The notes under the pieces were generated by a model. It was not told where the DNA came from, ran no database searches, and saw nothing but the letters and a program-made list of their open reading frames with translations. From Candidatus Pacearchaeota archaeon (GTDB lineage: Archaea; Nanobdellota; Nanobdellia; Pacearchaeales; GW2011-AR1), in the NCBI GenBank assembly GCA_017609285.1, contig JAFCEE010000003.1:11529-75528 (forward strand): a stretch of DNA of 64,000 nucleotides. Direction: 5' to 3'. This document shows, one piece after another, positions 29,196 to 38,038 of this stretch. The translations under genes and the position numbers were made by a program. Positions within the stretch are counted from its first letter, which is position 1. The number at the start of each line of letters is the position of its first letter.

Positions 29196-29732
29196 ATGGC
29201 ATTAAGAAAAGCTTTAGCTTATTCAAAGAAGAAAGTCAGGCCTTATACTCGGAAGAGCAATGTAAGGAAAAAAAGTTATATTAAGACAATACCACAGCAG
29301 AAAATTGTAAAATTTAGGATGGGTGATGTGAAAGGCTATGAAAAAGGCAAGCTGAAGAATATAGTTAAGTTAGTTTCTGGAGAAAAAGTTCTTATTAGAG
29401 ATAATGCTTTAGAAGCTTCAAGACAATATATAAATAAGATTCTAGAAAAAGAGTTGGCTGGACAATATTACTTTGAGGTTAAGATTTTTCCTCATCATAT
29501 TTTAAGAGAAAACAAAGTTTTGACAGGGGCTGGAGCTGACAGAATGCAGACAGGAATGCAAAAATCTTTTGGAAAAACAATAGGCAGGGCAGCTATAGTG
29601 TATCCAAATCAAACTCTTTTTTTGGTTGCCTTTTTTCATGAAAATCAGAGGAAAATAGTGAATAAAGTTTTAGGTAAGATAAAAGCAAAACTTCCTTGTC
29701 ATAGCAGATTAGTTTTTGAGAAAAGAGCATAG
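29196..29732 (+). CDS. rpl10e: 50S ribosomal protein L10e (uL16)
   Basis: RPYTRKSNVRKKSYIKTIPQQKIVKFRMGD...ALEASRQYINKIL...RENKVLTGAGADRMQTGM is the L10e pattern. Its start is 1 nt after the rpl35ae stop. Confidence 0.9.
   Translation: MALRKALAYSKKKVRPYTRKSNVRKKSYIKTIPQQKIVKFRMGDVKGYEKGKLKNIVKLVSGEKVLIRDNALEASRQYINKILEKELAGQYYFEVKIFPHHILRENKVLTGAGADRMQTGMQKSFGKTIGRAAIVYPNQTLFLVAFFHENQRKIVNKVLGKIKAKLPCHSRLVFEKRA
29692..29730. repeat. Direct repeat copy 1 (39 bp, exact), equal to the last 39 nt of rpl10e before its TAG stop
   Basis: ttccttgtcatagcagattagtttttgagaaaagagcat, compared base by base with 30760-30798. Confidence 0.95.
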
Positions 29733-29771
29733 AGATAAAAATTTAAAAATCTCTTTCTCCTCTTTTTCCTT

Positions 29772-30386
29772 ATGGGTAAAAGAATGTTTAGGATATTAGG
29801 AATTATTTCTTTAGTTATTGGCGCTCTCTTTTTACTTAATTCTTTTTCTGGCATTACCGGATTTGTTATCGTCGAAGAAGTTGGTAGAAATGTAAGTGGA
29901 GTTTTGGGTTTGATTTTTGTGTTAGTTGGCATGGTATTGATGTTAGCTGACAGGGAAGGGGAGAGTGAATTGGAGATAAGTATAAAAGAAGCTGTTAAAC
30001 AAGGAGTTCCAAGAGAAGAGGCTAAAAACTTATTTGATGATGCAAAAAGAAAAATTGAATCTGGAAAATGGGTTGAGTTAAAAGTATTTAGAGTTAGAGC
30101 TACTGCTAATCAAGAAACTTATCCTTATGGAACTTCTTTATGTAGATACTGGGGTCCAGAAGAATATAAAGGATTGTCACAAACTAAATTAGATAATTTA
30201 TACAAAGAAGGAAAGATAGGAAAAACTCATGAAATATTGATAGGAAGCAATAAGTATAAGATAGGCGGTCGTTTAAGTGAAGGTACAGTTAGCGTGCCTC
30301 CTAAAGCCTCACGAGTTCAACATAGGCACTGGGAGATAGCACAAATGTATAAATATAGGAAGAGAAAAGAACAAAAATCGGTTTAA
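29772..30386 (+). CDS. Hypothetical membrane protein (2 N-terminal TM helices plus a soluble domain), inside the repeat-flanked insert
   Basis: ORF track. Hydrophobic N-terminus FRILGIISLVIGALFLL...GVLGLIFVLVGMVLML. No motif recognised. Confidence 0.5.
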   Translation: MGKRMFRILGIISLVIGALFLLNSFSGITGFVIVEEVGRNVSGVLGLIFVLVGMVLMLADREGESELEISIKEAVKQGVPREEAKNLFDDAKRKIESGKWVELKVFRVRATANQETYPYGTSLCRYWGPEEYKGLSQTKLDNLYKEGKIGKTHEILIGSNKYKIGGRLSEGTVSVPPKASRVQHRHWEIAQMYKYRKRKEQKSV

Positions 30387-30388
30387 TC

Positions 30389-30703
30389 TTAATCTGAAAG
30401 CTGTCTCATATGATAATATATTTGTTCCCTATTCTTTGAGTGATAGTGTTTTGTGGTGGAATCGTGCAGTTCATCTATGAATTCGAAAGCATCCTTAAGT
30501 TCAGAAAAACCTTTATCATCCCAAAAGTTAGGATATATATGAGTTGTTTCTTCTTCTAACTCCATCCCTTTTTCATACAATTTTTGCATAGACAACCTTC
30601 CTTTATAAGCCATGCTAAAGAGAACTCGTGCTTTATGTTTTATTCTTCTCATAAATTCTTCAGTTTCTATCGCTACTTCTTCTAAAGTTTTCCCTTTAGC
30701 CAT
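30389..30703 (-). CDS. Hypothetical protein, 104 aa, inside the repeat-flanked insert
   Basis: ORF track. It is convergent with the previous gene with a 2-nt gap. No motif recognised. Confidence 0.45.
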   Translation of the reverse strand: MAKGKTLEEVAIETEEFMRRIKHKARVLFSMAYKGRLSMQKLYEKGMELEEETTHIYPNFWDDKGFSELKDAFEFIDELHDSTTKHYHSKNREQIYYHMRQLSD

Positions 30704-30759
30704 TTTGATTATAAGAAGGAAAAGATTATAAATCTTTGGTTTTTAAATTTTTCTAAAAA

Positions 30760-30798
30760 TTCCTTGTCATAGCAGATTAGTTTTTGAGAAAAGAGCAT
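30760..30798. repeat. Direct repeat copy 2 (39 bp, exact), followed by TGA
   Basis: Identical to 29692-29730. Confidence 0.95.
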
Positions 30799-30858
30799 GA
30801 GTTTAAGATTTCTGACAAGAGGCAATAAATTTATTAATTATCTTTTTCTAAATTAACT

Positions 30859-33800
30859 ATGCAAAAAAAAGAGGAAAGGATTAAAGAGGTAGAAATCAAG
30901 GTAGAGGATAAATATATTAGATGGTTTTCTGAGATTGGTAAAGAAAATGTTAAAGAAGTTGGGGGAAAGGCAGCTAATTTAGGAGAGATGTTAAAAATAG
31001 GAATGCCTGTACCGCAGGGATTTGTTATTAATGCTCCTGGCTACTTATATTTTCTTGAAAAAACAGGACTTAAAGAAAAAATTTATGAAAAACTTAAAGA
31101 TTTGAATGTTGAGGATACTGCATTATTAGAAAAAAAAGCAAAAGAAATTAGAGATATATTTGTTGAGGCTGAAATGCCCTCTGACTTAAAAGAAGAAATT
31201 TTAGAAGCTTATAATATTTTAAGTTCCCCAAAAGATCTGAAAAATATTTCTGAGTCTGCTCTTTCAATTTTAAAAATGTCTGAGCCTGCTTTTGTTGCAG
31301 TAAGGAGTTCAGCTACAGCTGAAGATTCTTCTATAGCTTCATTCGCCGGACAGCAAGAGACTTTTTTGAATATTAAGGGAAATGATGCAGTTATTGAATC
31401 AGTAAAAAAATGTTTCGCTTCTTTATTTACAGCAAGGAGCATATATTACAGAATTAAAAAAGGTTTTAAGCATGAAGATGTCTTAAATGCAGTTATTATC
31501 CAGATAATGATTAACTCAGACAAATCCGGAGTTATATTTTCTCGCGACCCAGTAACAAAAGACAAAAATGTTATAATTGAGGCTGTATTTGGTTTGGGTG
31601 AAGGTATTGTTAGTGGCAAGATAAAACCAGATTATTATGTTGTTTCTATAGATTTAGAAATTTTAAAGAAAAAAGTAGCTAATAAGAAAATAGCTATAGT
31701 AAGAACCTCTTCTGGAGAAGAAAAAGAAGTAAAGTTAACTGAAGAAAAAAGTAGGGAGCAAGTGTTAAGTAATTATGAAATTAAAAGATTAGCTGATTAT
31801 GCTTTAAGATTAGAGCAACATTATAAAGCTCCTCAGGATATTGAATTTGCCTTGGAATCTGGAGAAATTTATATCGTACAGACCAGGCCAATTACTACTT
31901 TAGAAAAAGAAGTTGGTGGGAAAGGAGTTGAAGGTAAAGAGATTTTATCTGGACAACCAGCTTCTTCAGGAATAGGAAGTGGGGAGGTAAAGATAGTTAG
32001 TACATTAGAAGATTTAAGCAAAATAAAGGAAGGTGATATTCTTGTAACAAAAATGACAAATCCTGATATGGTTGTTACCATGCAAAAAAGTTCTGCTATA
32101 ATTACAGATGAGGGAGGGATGACAGCCCATGCAGCTATTGTAAGCAGAGAAATGGGAATTCCTTGTGTTGTCGGAACTGAAAAAGCTACACAAATTTTGA
32201 AAGATGGCATGATTGTAACTGTAGATGGGTTTAGAGGTAAAGTTTATGAAGGTAAAACCGAAGGGTTGAAAGTAGAAAAAGTTGAGATTAAGCCAATAGT
32301 AGAGACAAAAACAAAAATCAAGGTTATGGTTGACTTACCTAATTTTGCAGAGAGAGCCTCAAAAACAGGATGTAAAGAGGTGGGTTTAACAAGAATAGAA
32401 GGTATAATAGCTGAATCAGGGAAGCATCCATTAGCGTTTTTAAATGAAGGAAAGATACATGAATATGAAGAAATTATTTTTTCTGGTTTAAGTAAGATAG
32501 CTAAGTATTTCGATAATTTATGGGTAAGGACAAGTGACATAAGAACCGATGAATTTAGAAATCTAGAAGGCTCTCCTAAAAAAATAGAGGCAAATCCAAT
32601 GTTAGGCATGCATGGTATTAGAGCTGGTTTAAAATATAAAGAAATATTAAAAGCTGAGTTAAAAGCTATATCAAGATTAAAGGAAGAAGGAAAAGAGGTT
32701 GGTATTTTATTACCGCAAGTAATTTCTGTTTCAGAAGTTAAGAAGGTTAAAGAAATTTTAAAAGAAATTAATGCTGAAAATTTAGAATTGGGAGTTATGA
32801 TTGAAACTCCCGCTTCAATACAGATTATAGAGGATTTATGTAAAGAAGGAATTAGCTTCATAAGTTTTGGAACTAATGATTTAACCCAGTATACATTGGC
32901 TATAGACCGGGGCAATGCAGACGTTCAAAATTTATATGATGAAATGCATTCTGCTGTTCTCTCCCAACTTGAATTTGTTATAAGAGAATGTAAAAAGTAT
33001 GGAGTAGAAACAAGTATTTGTGGACAAGCTGGAAGTAAAAAAGAAATGGCAGAGTTTTTAGTTAAATTAGGAATTGATAGCATAAGTGTTAATGCAGACA
33101 AAGCTTTTGAAATCTCCTCTTTTGTAAAAGAATTAGAAGATAGAGGTTTGAGAGGTGTAGAGTTAGATAGGATAAGTTTAGGTGAAGGGAAAGCTGTAGA
33201 GGGGAATGAGGAAAAATTAGAGGAAGAAATAGAAAAAGTTAATTCTCTTTCTTTAGAGGAGCAAGATAAGAAAGAGGGAGATAGAGATGAAGAGAATGGA
33301 GAAGAAAGAGAGGAAAAAGAGGAGAGAGATGAATTTGGGAGAAAATTATATGGTATTAGGTGTGATAAGTGTGGCAAAAATGCTAAGGTTCCTTTTGAGC
33401 CAGAAGAAGGAAGGGAGATCTATTGTAAAAGTTGCTATAATGAGATAAAAAAAGAAAGAAAGGAAATGAAAAAAGAAAAAGATTTTAAAGATGAAAATAT
33501 AAATACTGAAATGGAAGAAAATTCTGAGGATAGTAGAGAAGAAGGAAGAGAAGAAATTGAACAGAGAGGAGAAGAAGAGAAAAGATTGGAAGAATGGCAG
33601 GATGTGGAGTTTGGCATAGATGTTTTTTCAGACCAGCAGCAAAAAGGAAAAGAGAAGGAAAAATTAAAGGAAGAAAGTAAAGATAATAAAGAAACAGGAA
33701 AAAAAGAGGAAGGAAAGGAAGAGGGAGGGCAAGATAGAAAAGAGGAAAAAGCTAAAAAAGAAACAGAAAAACAAGATGAAAGAGAAGAATCTGAAGAAGA

Positions 33801-33927
33801 AAAGGAAGAACAAGTTAAAGATGATAAAGAAGAGAATCCAGGAAATGGAGAGACTGAGGCTAAAGAAGGAGCAGAAAAAGAAGAAGAAAAAGAAAATGGT
33901 GGAGAAGAAGTTTTAGATATTTTCTAA
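30859..33927 (+). CDS. ppsA: Phosphoenolpyruvate synthase with an atypical ~260-aa acidic C-terminal extension containing a 4-Cys zinc ribbon
   Basis: VGGKAANLGEM, GFVINAPGY, the phospho-His region GGMTAHAAIVSREMGIPCVVGT and the PEP-utilising TIM motif FGTNDLTQYTLAIDRGN. After about aa 760 come the E/K/D/G-rich tail and YGIRCDKCGKNAKVPFEPEEGREIYCKSC. Confidence 0.9.
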   Translation: MQKKEERIKEVEIKVEDKYIRWFSEIGKENVKEVGGKAANLGEMLKIGMPVPQGFVINAPGYLYFLEKTGLKEKIYEKLKDLNVEDTALLEKKAKEIRDIFVEAEMPSDLKEEILEAYNILSSPKDLKNISESALSILKMSEPAFVAVRSSATAEDSSIASFAGQQETFLNIKGNDAVIESVKKCFASLFTARSIYYRIKKGFKHEDVLNAVIIQIMINSDKSGVIFSRDPVTKDKNVIIEAVFGLGEGIVSGKIKPDYYVVSIDLEILKKKVANKKIAIVRTSSGEEKEVKLTEEKSREQVLSNYEIKRLADYALRLEQHYKAPQDIEFALESGEIYIVQTRPITTLEKEVGGKGVEGKEILSGQPASSGIGSGEVKIVSTLEDLSKIKEGDILVTKMTNPDMVVTMQKSSAIITDEGGMTAHAAIVSREMGIPCVVGTEKATQILKDGMIVTVDGFRGKVYEGKTEGLKVEKVEIKPIVETKTKIKVMVDLPNFAERASKTGCKEVGLTRIEGIIAESGKHPLAFLNEGKIHEYEEIIFSGLSKIAKYFDNLWVRTSDIRTDEFRNLEGSPKKIEANPMLGMHGIRAGLKYKEILKAELKAISRLKEEGKEVGILLPQVISVSEVKKVKEILKEINAENLELGVMIETPASIQIIEDLCKEGISFISFGTNDLTQYTLAIDRGNADVQNLYDEMHSAVLSQLEFVIRECKKYGVETSICGQAGSKKEMAEFLVKLGIDSISVNADKAFEISSFVKELEDRGLRGVELDRISLGEGKAVEGNEEKLEEEIEKVNSLSLEEQDKKEGDRDEENGEEREEKEERDEFGRKLYGIRCDKCGKNAKVPFEPEEGREIYCKSCYNEIKKERKEMKKEKDFKDENINTEMEENSEDSREEGREEIEQRGEEEKRLEEWQDVEFGIDVFSDQQQKGKEKEKLKEESKDNKETGKKEEGKEEGGQDRKEEKAKKETEKQDEREESEEEKEEQVKDDKEENPGNGETEAKEGAEKEEEKENGGEEVLDIF

Positions 33928-33998
33928 ATATATTCTTTAAAGTAACTAATTAAAAAGATATGTTAGAATATATATTTTGGAGTATATATTAACTTCTG

Positions 33999-34025
33999 TT
34001 TATAAAAACGAAAGCTTTATAAATA
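33999..34025 (+). promoter_or_regulatory. BRE/TATA-like promoter element, copy A of a 27-bp exact repeat
   Basis: tttataaaaacgaaagctttataaata. The TATA-like part lies about 40 nt upstream of the ATG at 34065. It is identical to 62642-62668, and similarity continues for about 25 nt (..tagtaac). Confidence 0.55.
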
Positions 34026-34064
34026 GTATTCACTTAGTGATAGTAACTAAATATATGAATAAAA

Positions 34065-34628
34065 ATGAGACAAGAAGAAAGACCACAATATGAAGAAATA
34101 GTAGAAAGAATGAGGGGTAATTTAGAAGATAATGAAGCTTTTTATTACTCTGCTTTGATAAAGGGTGGAGAATATGGTAAAGAAGGCCAAAGAGATGGTT
34201 TGTATGCATCATTATGGGGATTAAGAGAAAAAGTAGGTTTAGAAGGAATCTTATCAACTCTAGAAGCACAAGGAGAAGCAAGTATAAGCGGAGGTAATGG
34301 TTTAAATGCAGAATACAGTTTAGCTCGTGTGATTGAGAATAATGCTGCTAATTTTTTGGAAAGTTTAAATGAATTAAAACCAAGAGATATAATTCAATAT
34401 ATAAAGAATAGAATAAATGTCGAGATTGAAGAAAGATATATTGACAAACAATTAAAAGAGTTGACTGAAAGTAATGAAGAAGGAGAAAAAACTTATGGAA
34501 GATATTTGATTAGACAAGTAGCTAATGCTGTAATGGCAAAAGTGACACCCCTTGCATATGAAGAAAGAGCAAGGAGAGAAAATAGGGCATATAATATGTA
34601 TTTAGAGAGAAATACAGAAAAACCTTAA
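34065..34628 (+). CDS. Hypothetical cytoplasmic protein, 187 aa
   Basis: ORF track; no motif recognised. It shares its promoter element with the lytic transglycosylase gene at 62703. Confidence 0.5.
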   Translation: MRQEERPQYEEIVERMRGNLEDNEAFYYSALIKGGEYGKEGQRDGLYASLWGLREKVGLEGILSTLEAQGEASISGGNGLNAEYSLARVIENNAANFLESLNELKPRDIIQYIKNRINVEIEERYIDKQLKELTESNEEGEKTYGRYLIRQVANAVMAKVTPLAYEERARRENRAYNMYLERNTEKP

Positions 34629-34632
34629 TTTT

Positions 34633-35490
34633 TTATTTTTCTATTAAAATTTTAACTAATCTTGTCATTTCCTGAACAAATTTTTCTGTTTTAGCTTGCC
34701 AGTCATCTATTTCCACGCCCTTTAAATCTGTAATTTCTCCATGAACAATTTTTCTATGCAAAACATACAAGTCGCGATAAAAGATAACATATTTCATCTT
34801 TAAGTTGCGTGTATCTACAAAAATTTCTTTTAGCAAGACAGGGACATGTTCTGGACTTGGGGGGGATTGTTTAGCAGCCATTAAAGCTGCGTGGGCTGCA
34901 TCAACCATTGCCCAGTATAAACCTTCAATAGCATTCAATTCAGAAGCTTTACTTCTTGCTATATGGGTGGGTGTCCGTTGTAATGCCGCATATATTGCTT
35001 CTGGTGTACTTTTTATTCTACCCTGCTGTAATAAAATTTTTAATGGCGAGAAAAAACCGCCAAAATCAATTAAAGGCTCGCCAAATCTTACTATGTTTAT
35101 TACTACTGGGTCGCCCCGCAACAAATCTTGCCACCATGTAGTTAGTTTGACTGAATTGATGTGTAAGTCTTTTTTATAAGGATTTTTTCTTATTAATTTT
35201 CCTAATTCTTCCCTATACCATGCTATTAATTCTTGGTCCCATTGTATTGATGCGTCATCTATAATAATGATTATGTCTATATCTGATCCGGCAATAGCAG
35301 AACCCTTTGTTTGACTTCCAAATAGAACTATACTCTTTATCATTTTATCAAATTTTTGATAAACTTTTGTAGCAAAGTCTAAAGCAATATCTTTTTCATT
35401 TGCTAGTTTTAAGGTTGGTGTATCTTTAATAGAAACTTTTTTTCTTTTAGTTTTCTTTTTGATTTTCCTTTTCACACTTTTCTTTTTCAT
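34633..35490 (-). CDS. Pol-beta-superfamily nucleotidyltransferase fused to a HEPN-like helical domain
   Basis: FGSQTKGSAIAGSDIDIIIIIDD (G-S...DxD). C-terminus LKILLQQGRIKSTPEAI...AHAALMAAKQSPPSPEH is homologous to 26893-28716. Confidence 0.7.
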   Translation of the reverse strand: MKKKSVKRKIKKKTKRKKVSIKDTPTLKLANEKDIALDFATKVYQKFDKMIKSIVLFGSQTKGSAIAGSDIDIIIIIDDASIQWDQELIAWYREELGKLIRKNPYKKDLHINSVKLTTWWQDLLRGDPVVINIVRFGEPLIDFGGFFSPLKILLQQGRIKSTPEAIYAALQRTPTHIARSKASELNAIEGLYWAMVDAAHAALMAAKQSPPSPEHVPVLLKEIFVDTRNLKMKYVIFYRDLYVLHRKIVHGEITDLKGVEIDDWQAKTEKFVQEMTRLVKILIEK

Positions 35491-35538
35491 TTTACCTCTT
35501 TTTTTTCATAAGGAAATTTAGGTTTTTAAATATTAACT

Positions 35539-37368
35539 TTATGCTGTTGGTGTTCCTCCAAATCTTGTTTGTTTTCCTGGAACTTGACCGCCTAATTCAG
35601 CAGGTAAAGTAGAAAAGCCAGCCCCATACATTGAAAAGTGTTGTTCTGGCAACATTGTTCCATAACCAGCGAAGTAGGAGCCATAACTAGAAACTATCTG
35701 ATTCCAGTAGGGTTGCATCATAGCAGAATATAATGGGGATCCCATTGCTTCTAAAATATACTGTGTTGGAGAAACTTTAAAATGCTGCACAAAACCTCCA
35801 GCTTCAACAATTTTCTTTCCTTTAAAACCAGCTTTTTCTAATTCTTTTAAAATATCTTTAATAGGAACATTTCCCATTCCTGGTGGAAGATGTGTATCTG
35901 CATAACCAAAATTATCAGTCAAATGGACATGTTTTACAAGTTTAGCTATTTTCTCTGTTTCTTTTTTTATTTCTTCTGGTTTATAACCCGCTTTCCTTAA
36001 CATATTGATATGTCCTACATCCCATGTAACTCCTATTAATTTGTTAGCTGCATCTTTTGCCTCACTTCTAGACATACCTTCTTTGACAGCTTTTTCTTCA
36101 AATTTTTTTCTTGCTCTTTCAACAAGCTCTTTTAATTCATCACTTCTTGAAAAAGCCATACCAGGATATAAATTTTCTATGCTTATTATTGGTGCTTTAT
36201 CTTTATATTTCTTATAAGCATTAAATGCTGTGTTTGCAAGAGTTTTTGAAGCTTCTCTTACTGCGAAATCTTCTACTTTTACATATATATTTGGTTTCAC
36301 ACTTTGCATTTCTCTTATAAGGTCCTGCAATGCTTCTGAAGTTATAGCGAGGTTTTTTTTTCTAATTTTCTCTTCAAAACTTTTAGCTACTTCAGAAAGA
36401 TGTGCTCTTTCTTTTTCATTTCCATATTTGTATGCTTTATTGAATAGATTATTCAATACAAGACGAGAATTTTCTAAGTATTCATGAGCATTATATACTT
36501 GATTTAATGCTGCTTTCTCTGCATTTGTTAATTGGTTCATTTTTATCTTTCCTGTAACAACTTTGTCCCATATTTTTTTGACTGCAGGATAGTATTTTTC
36601 AAGTATCTCATCACCCCTATTCTTATAAAATAATACCTGCGTTAAATTATTATGCCATTCACTCTGATTCATAATTTTCAACTCTTCTTCAGGTGTCCTA
36701 AATTCTGGTATTATTTTTTTCCCTGCTTTTGTTTTCACGCCAACTTCTACTGGATAAAATCTCTCTTCTCTTTTTATAGGAATCAGCTGGCCTGTTTCTT
36801 GATTGATTGCTATTATTTTATTTTCTTCTAATTGTTTTAATTCTTCTTTAGTTGGTTCTCTTCCATATTCTTCTATGAATTGTTTTTTATATCTCTCAAC
36901 CAACTTTTTTGATGGCTTACTATACTCTGTTCCAGGAATGCTAGAAGCATGTATTGTTATAGGCATATTTCCCTTAGGGTTTAACTCATGACTCCTTTCT
37001 ACAATACTTTGTATTTGTTTCTCTGCCGCTTCTCTATTTGCTTCACTCCAACCTTCTCTTGTAAATCCTGCAGGATCTATTAGTGGGGCGTGTACAGTAG
37101 TTTCAGTGCCAGTTAATTTTGTTAACCTTTCAATTTCTTTAAAATGTTGTTTTGGTATGGTATCAAAAACTTCAGGGGATAAGGGCTGTAATTCAACGAC
37201 TTTTCCTCCTTGGCTCAATAAATTAGTGACTTCTTGAAGTTGATTTGCTGTTTGTATTGATGTTGGAGCACCTATCTCGCCAGCAGAAATTCTATAACCA
37301 GTAAAGAGTTCGCCATATTCTGGTTCTAATGGATAAGGAGTACCAGAATAAAAAAATTCATAAGCCAT
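35539..37368 (-). CDS. Xylose-isomerase-like (AP endonuclease 2 / sugar-phosphate isomerase) TIM-barrel protein with a ~250-aa helical insertion and an aromatic/Gly-rich tail
   Basis: Barrel landmarks TTVHAPLIDPAG, MPITIHASS, IISIENLYPG, VTWDVGHINM, VKHVHLTDNFGYADTHLPPGMGNVPIKDILKELEKAGFKGKKIVEAG. Insertion at about aa 150-400. Tail YGSYFAGYGTMLPEQHFSMYGAGFSTLP. Confidence 0.6.
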   Translation of the reverse strand: MAYEFFYSGTPYPLEPEYGELFTGYRISAGEIGAPTSIQTANQLQEVTNLLSQGGKVVELQPLSPEVFDTIPKQHFKEIERLTKLTGTETTVHAPLIDPAGFTREGWSEANREAAEKQIQSIVERSHELNPKGNMPITIHASSIPGTEYSKPSKKLVERYKKQFIEEYGREPTKEELKQLEENKIIAINQETGQLIPIKREERFYPVEVGVKTKAGKKIIPEFRTPEEELKIMNQSEWHNNLTQVLFYKNRGDEILEKYYPAVKKIWDKVVTGKIKMNQLTNAEKAALNQVYNAHEYLENSRLVLNNLFNKAYKYGNEKERAHLSEVAKSFEEKIRKKNLAITSEALQDLIREMQSVKPNIYVKVEDFAVREASKTLANTAFNAYKKYKDKAPIISIENLYPGMAFSRSDELKELVERARKKFEEKAVKEGMSRSEAKDAANKLIGVTWDVGHINMLRKAGYKPEEIKKETEKIAKLVKHVHLTDNFGYADTHLPPGMGNVPIKDILKELEKAGFKGKKIVEAGGFVQHFKVSPTQYILEAMGSPLYSAMMQPYWNQIVSSYGSYFAGYGTMLPEQHFSMYGAGFSTLPAELGGQVPGKQTRFGGTPTA

Positions 37369-37423
37369 TTTGTTTACCTCTTTTTATGTAAGAATATGGG
37401 GGTTTTTAAGTTTAAAATTCTTT

Positions 37424-38008
37424 CTACTTTACTCCTCTTCTTTTCTCTTTATATTCCCAAGGGAGTTTCAACTCTCTGTTAATCTCTTCTGTCCCAACGA
37501 CTGTATCAGATACTCTCCTTTCTTGTGTCTCTCTGGCTTGCCTTAATTCAGGCCATTCTTCTATTGCTGTTACAGGTCTTTTCATTTCATTTATATCTTC
37601 TCCCCTAACTATAATTTTTCTTTCTTCCATTTCCCTTCTTACTGGAAAGGCCTCTTTTTCATAACTGTATTCTGGCATATTGTAAACAGAAGATTCATAT
37701 AATTCTCTTGTTTCAGTTTCACCTAAGGGAGTTGTAGGTGTATTTTCTAATGTTTCTTCTATTGTTTCTTCTGTTCCTGTTTCCACAGTAGGTTGCAAAA
37801 CAGGAGCAGTTGATGTAGGACTTGAAACAGAAGCAGAAAAATTATTGAATCCTTCTCGAACTTCTTCCACAAATTCAACCTCTCCTTCTAAACTTTTTTC
37901 TTCGCTTTCAGTTTTTCCTCCTTCTTCTTTTTCTGTTTCTTCTTCATCCTCTTTAACTTCCTTAAAAGGAACATTTACTCTCTCACCAATAATTTTTTCT
38001 TCTGACAT
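37424..38008 (-). CDS. Acidic, probably disordered protein, 194 aa, function unknown
   Basis: ORF track. E/T/S-rich with no motif recognised. It sits between the 508-aa and 609-aa genes with short gaps (30 and 55 nt). Confidence 0.5.
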   Translation of the reverse strand: MSEEKIIGERVNVPFKEVKEDEEETEKEEGGKTESEEKSLEGEVEFVEEVREGFNNFSASVSSPTSTAPVLQPTVETGTEETIEETLENTPTTPLGETETRELYESSVYNMPEYSYEKEAFPVRREMEERKIIVRGEDINEMKRPVTAIEEWPELRQARETQERRVSDTVVGTEEINRELKLPWEYKEKRRGVK

Positions 38009-38038
38009 ACTCAGTTATAGGGAAAGAGATATTTAAAC

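Larger units (their letters stand above)
29731..30759. mobile_element. 1.03-kb two-gene insert bracketed by the 39-bp direct repeats (candidate integrated mini-element or cassette; no integrase)
   Basis: It is flanked by exact direct repeats. Both copies are followed immediately by a stop codon (TAG, TGA), so either could terminate rpl10e with the same ...LVFEKRA C-terminus. Confidence 0.5.

Noticed and set aside
32244-33377. Long antisense ORFs inside ppsA (32244-32915, 223 aa; 32925-33377, 150 aa; also 31869-32210)
   Set aside because: They lie entirely antisense to a confidently identified gene. Their composition is Ser/Phe/Leu/Ile-rich low complexity, typical of the reverse strand of AT-rich coding sequence, and they have no motifs.
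33480-33927. Purine-rich repetitive DNA in the ppsA tail (and 58180-58450) considered as a tandem repeat or CRISPR-like array
   Set aside because: There is no fixed repeat unit or spacer periodicity. It is in-frame E/K-rich low-complexity coding sequence.
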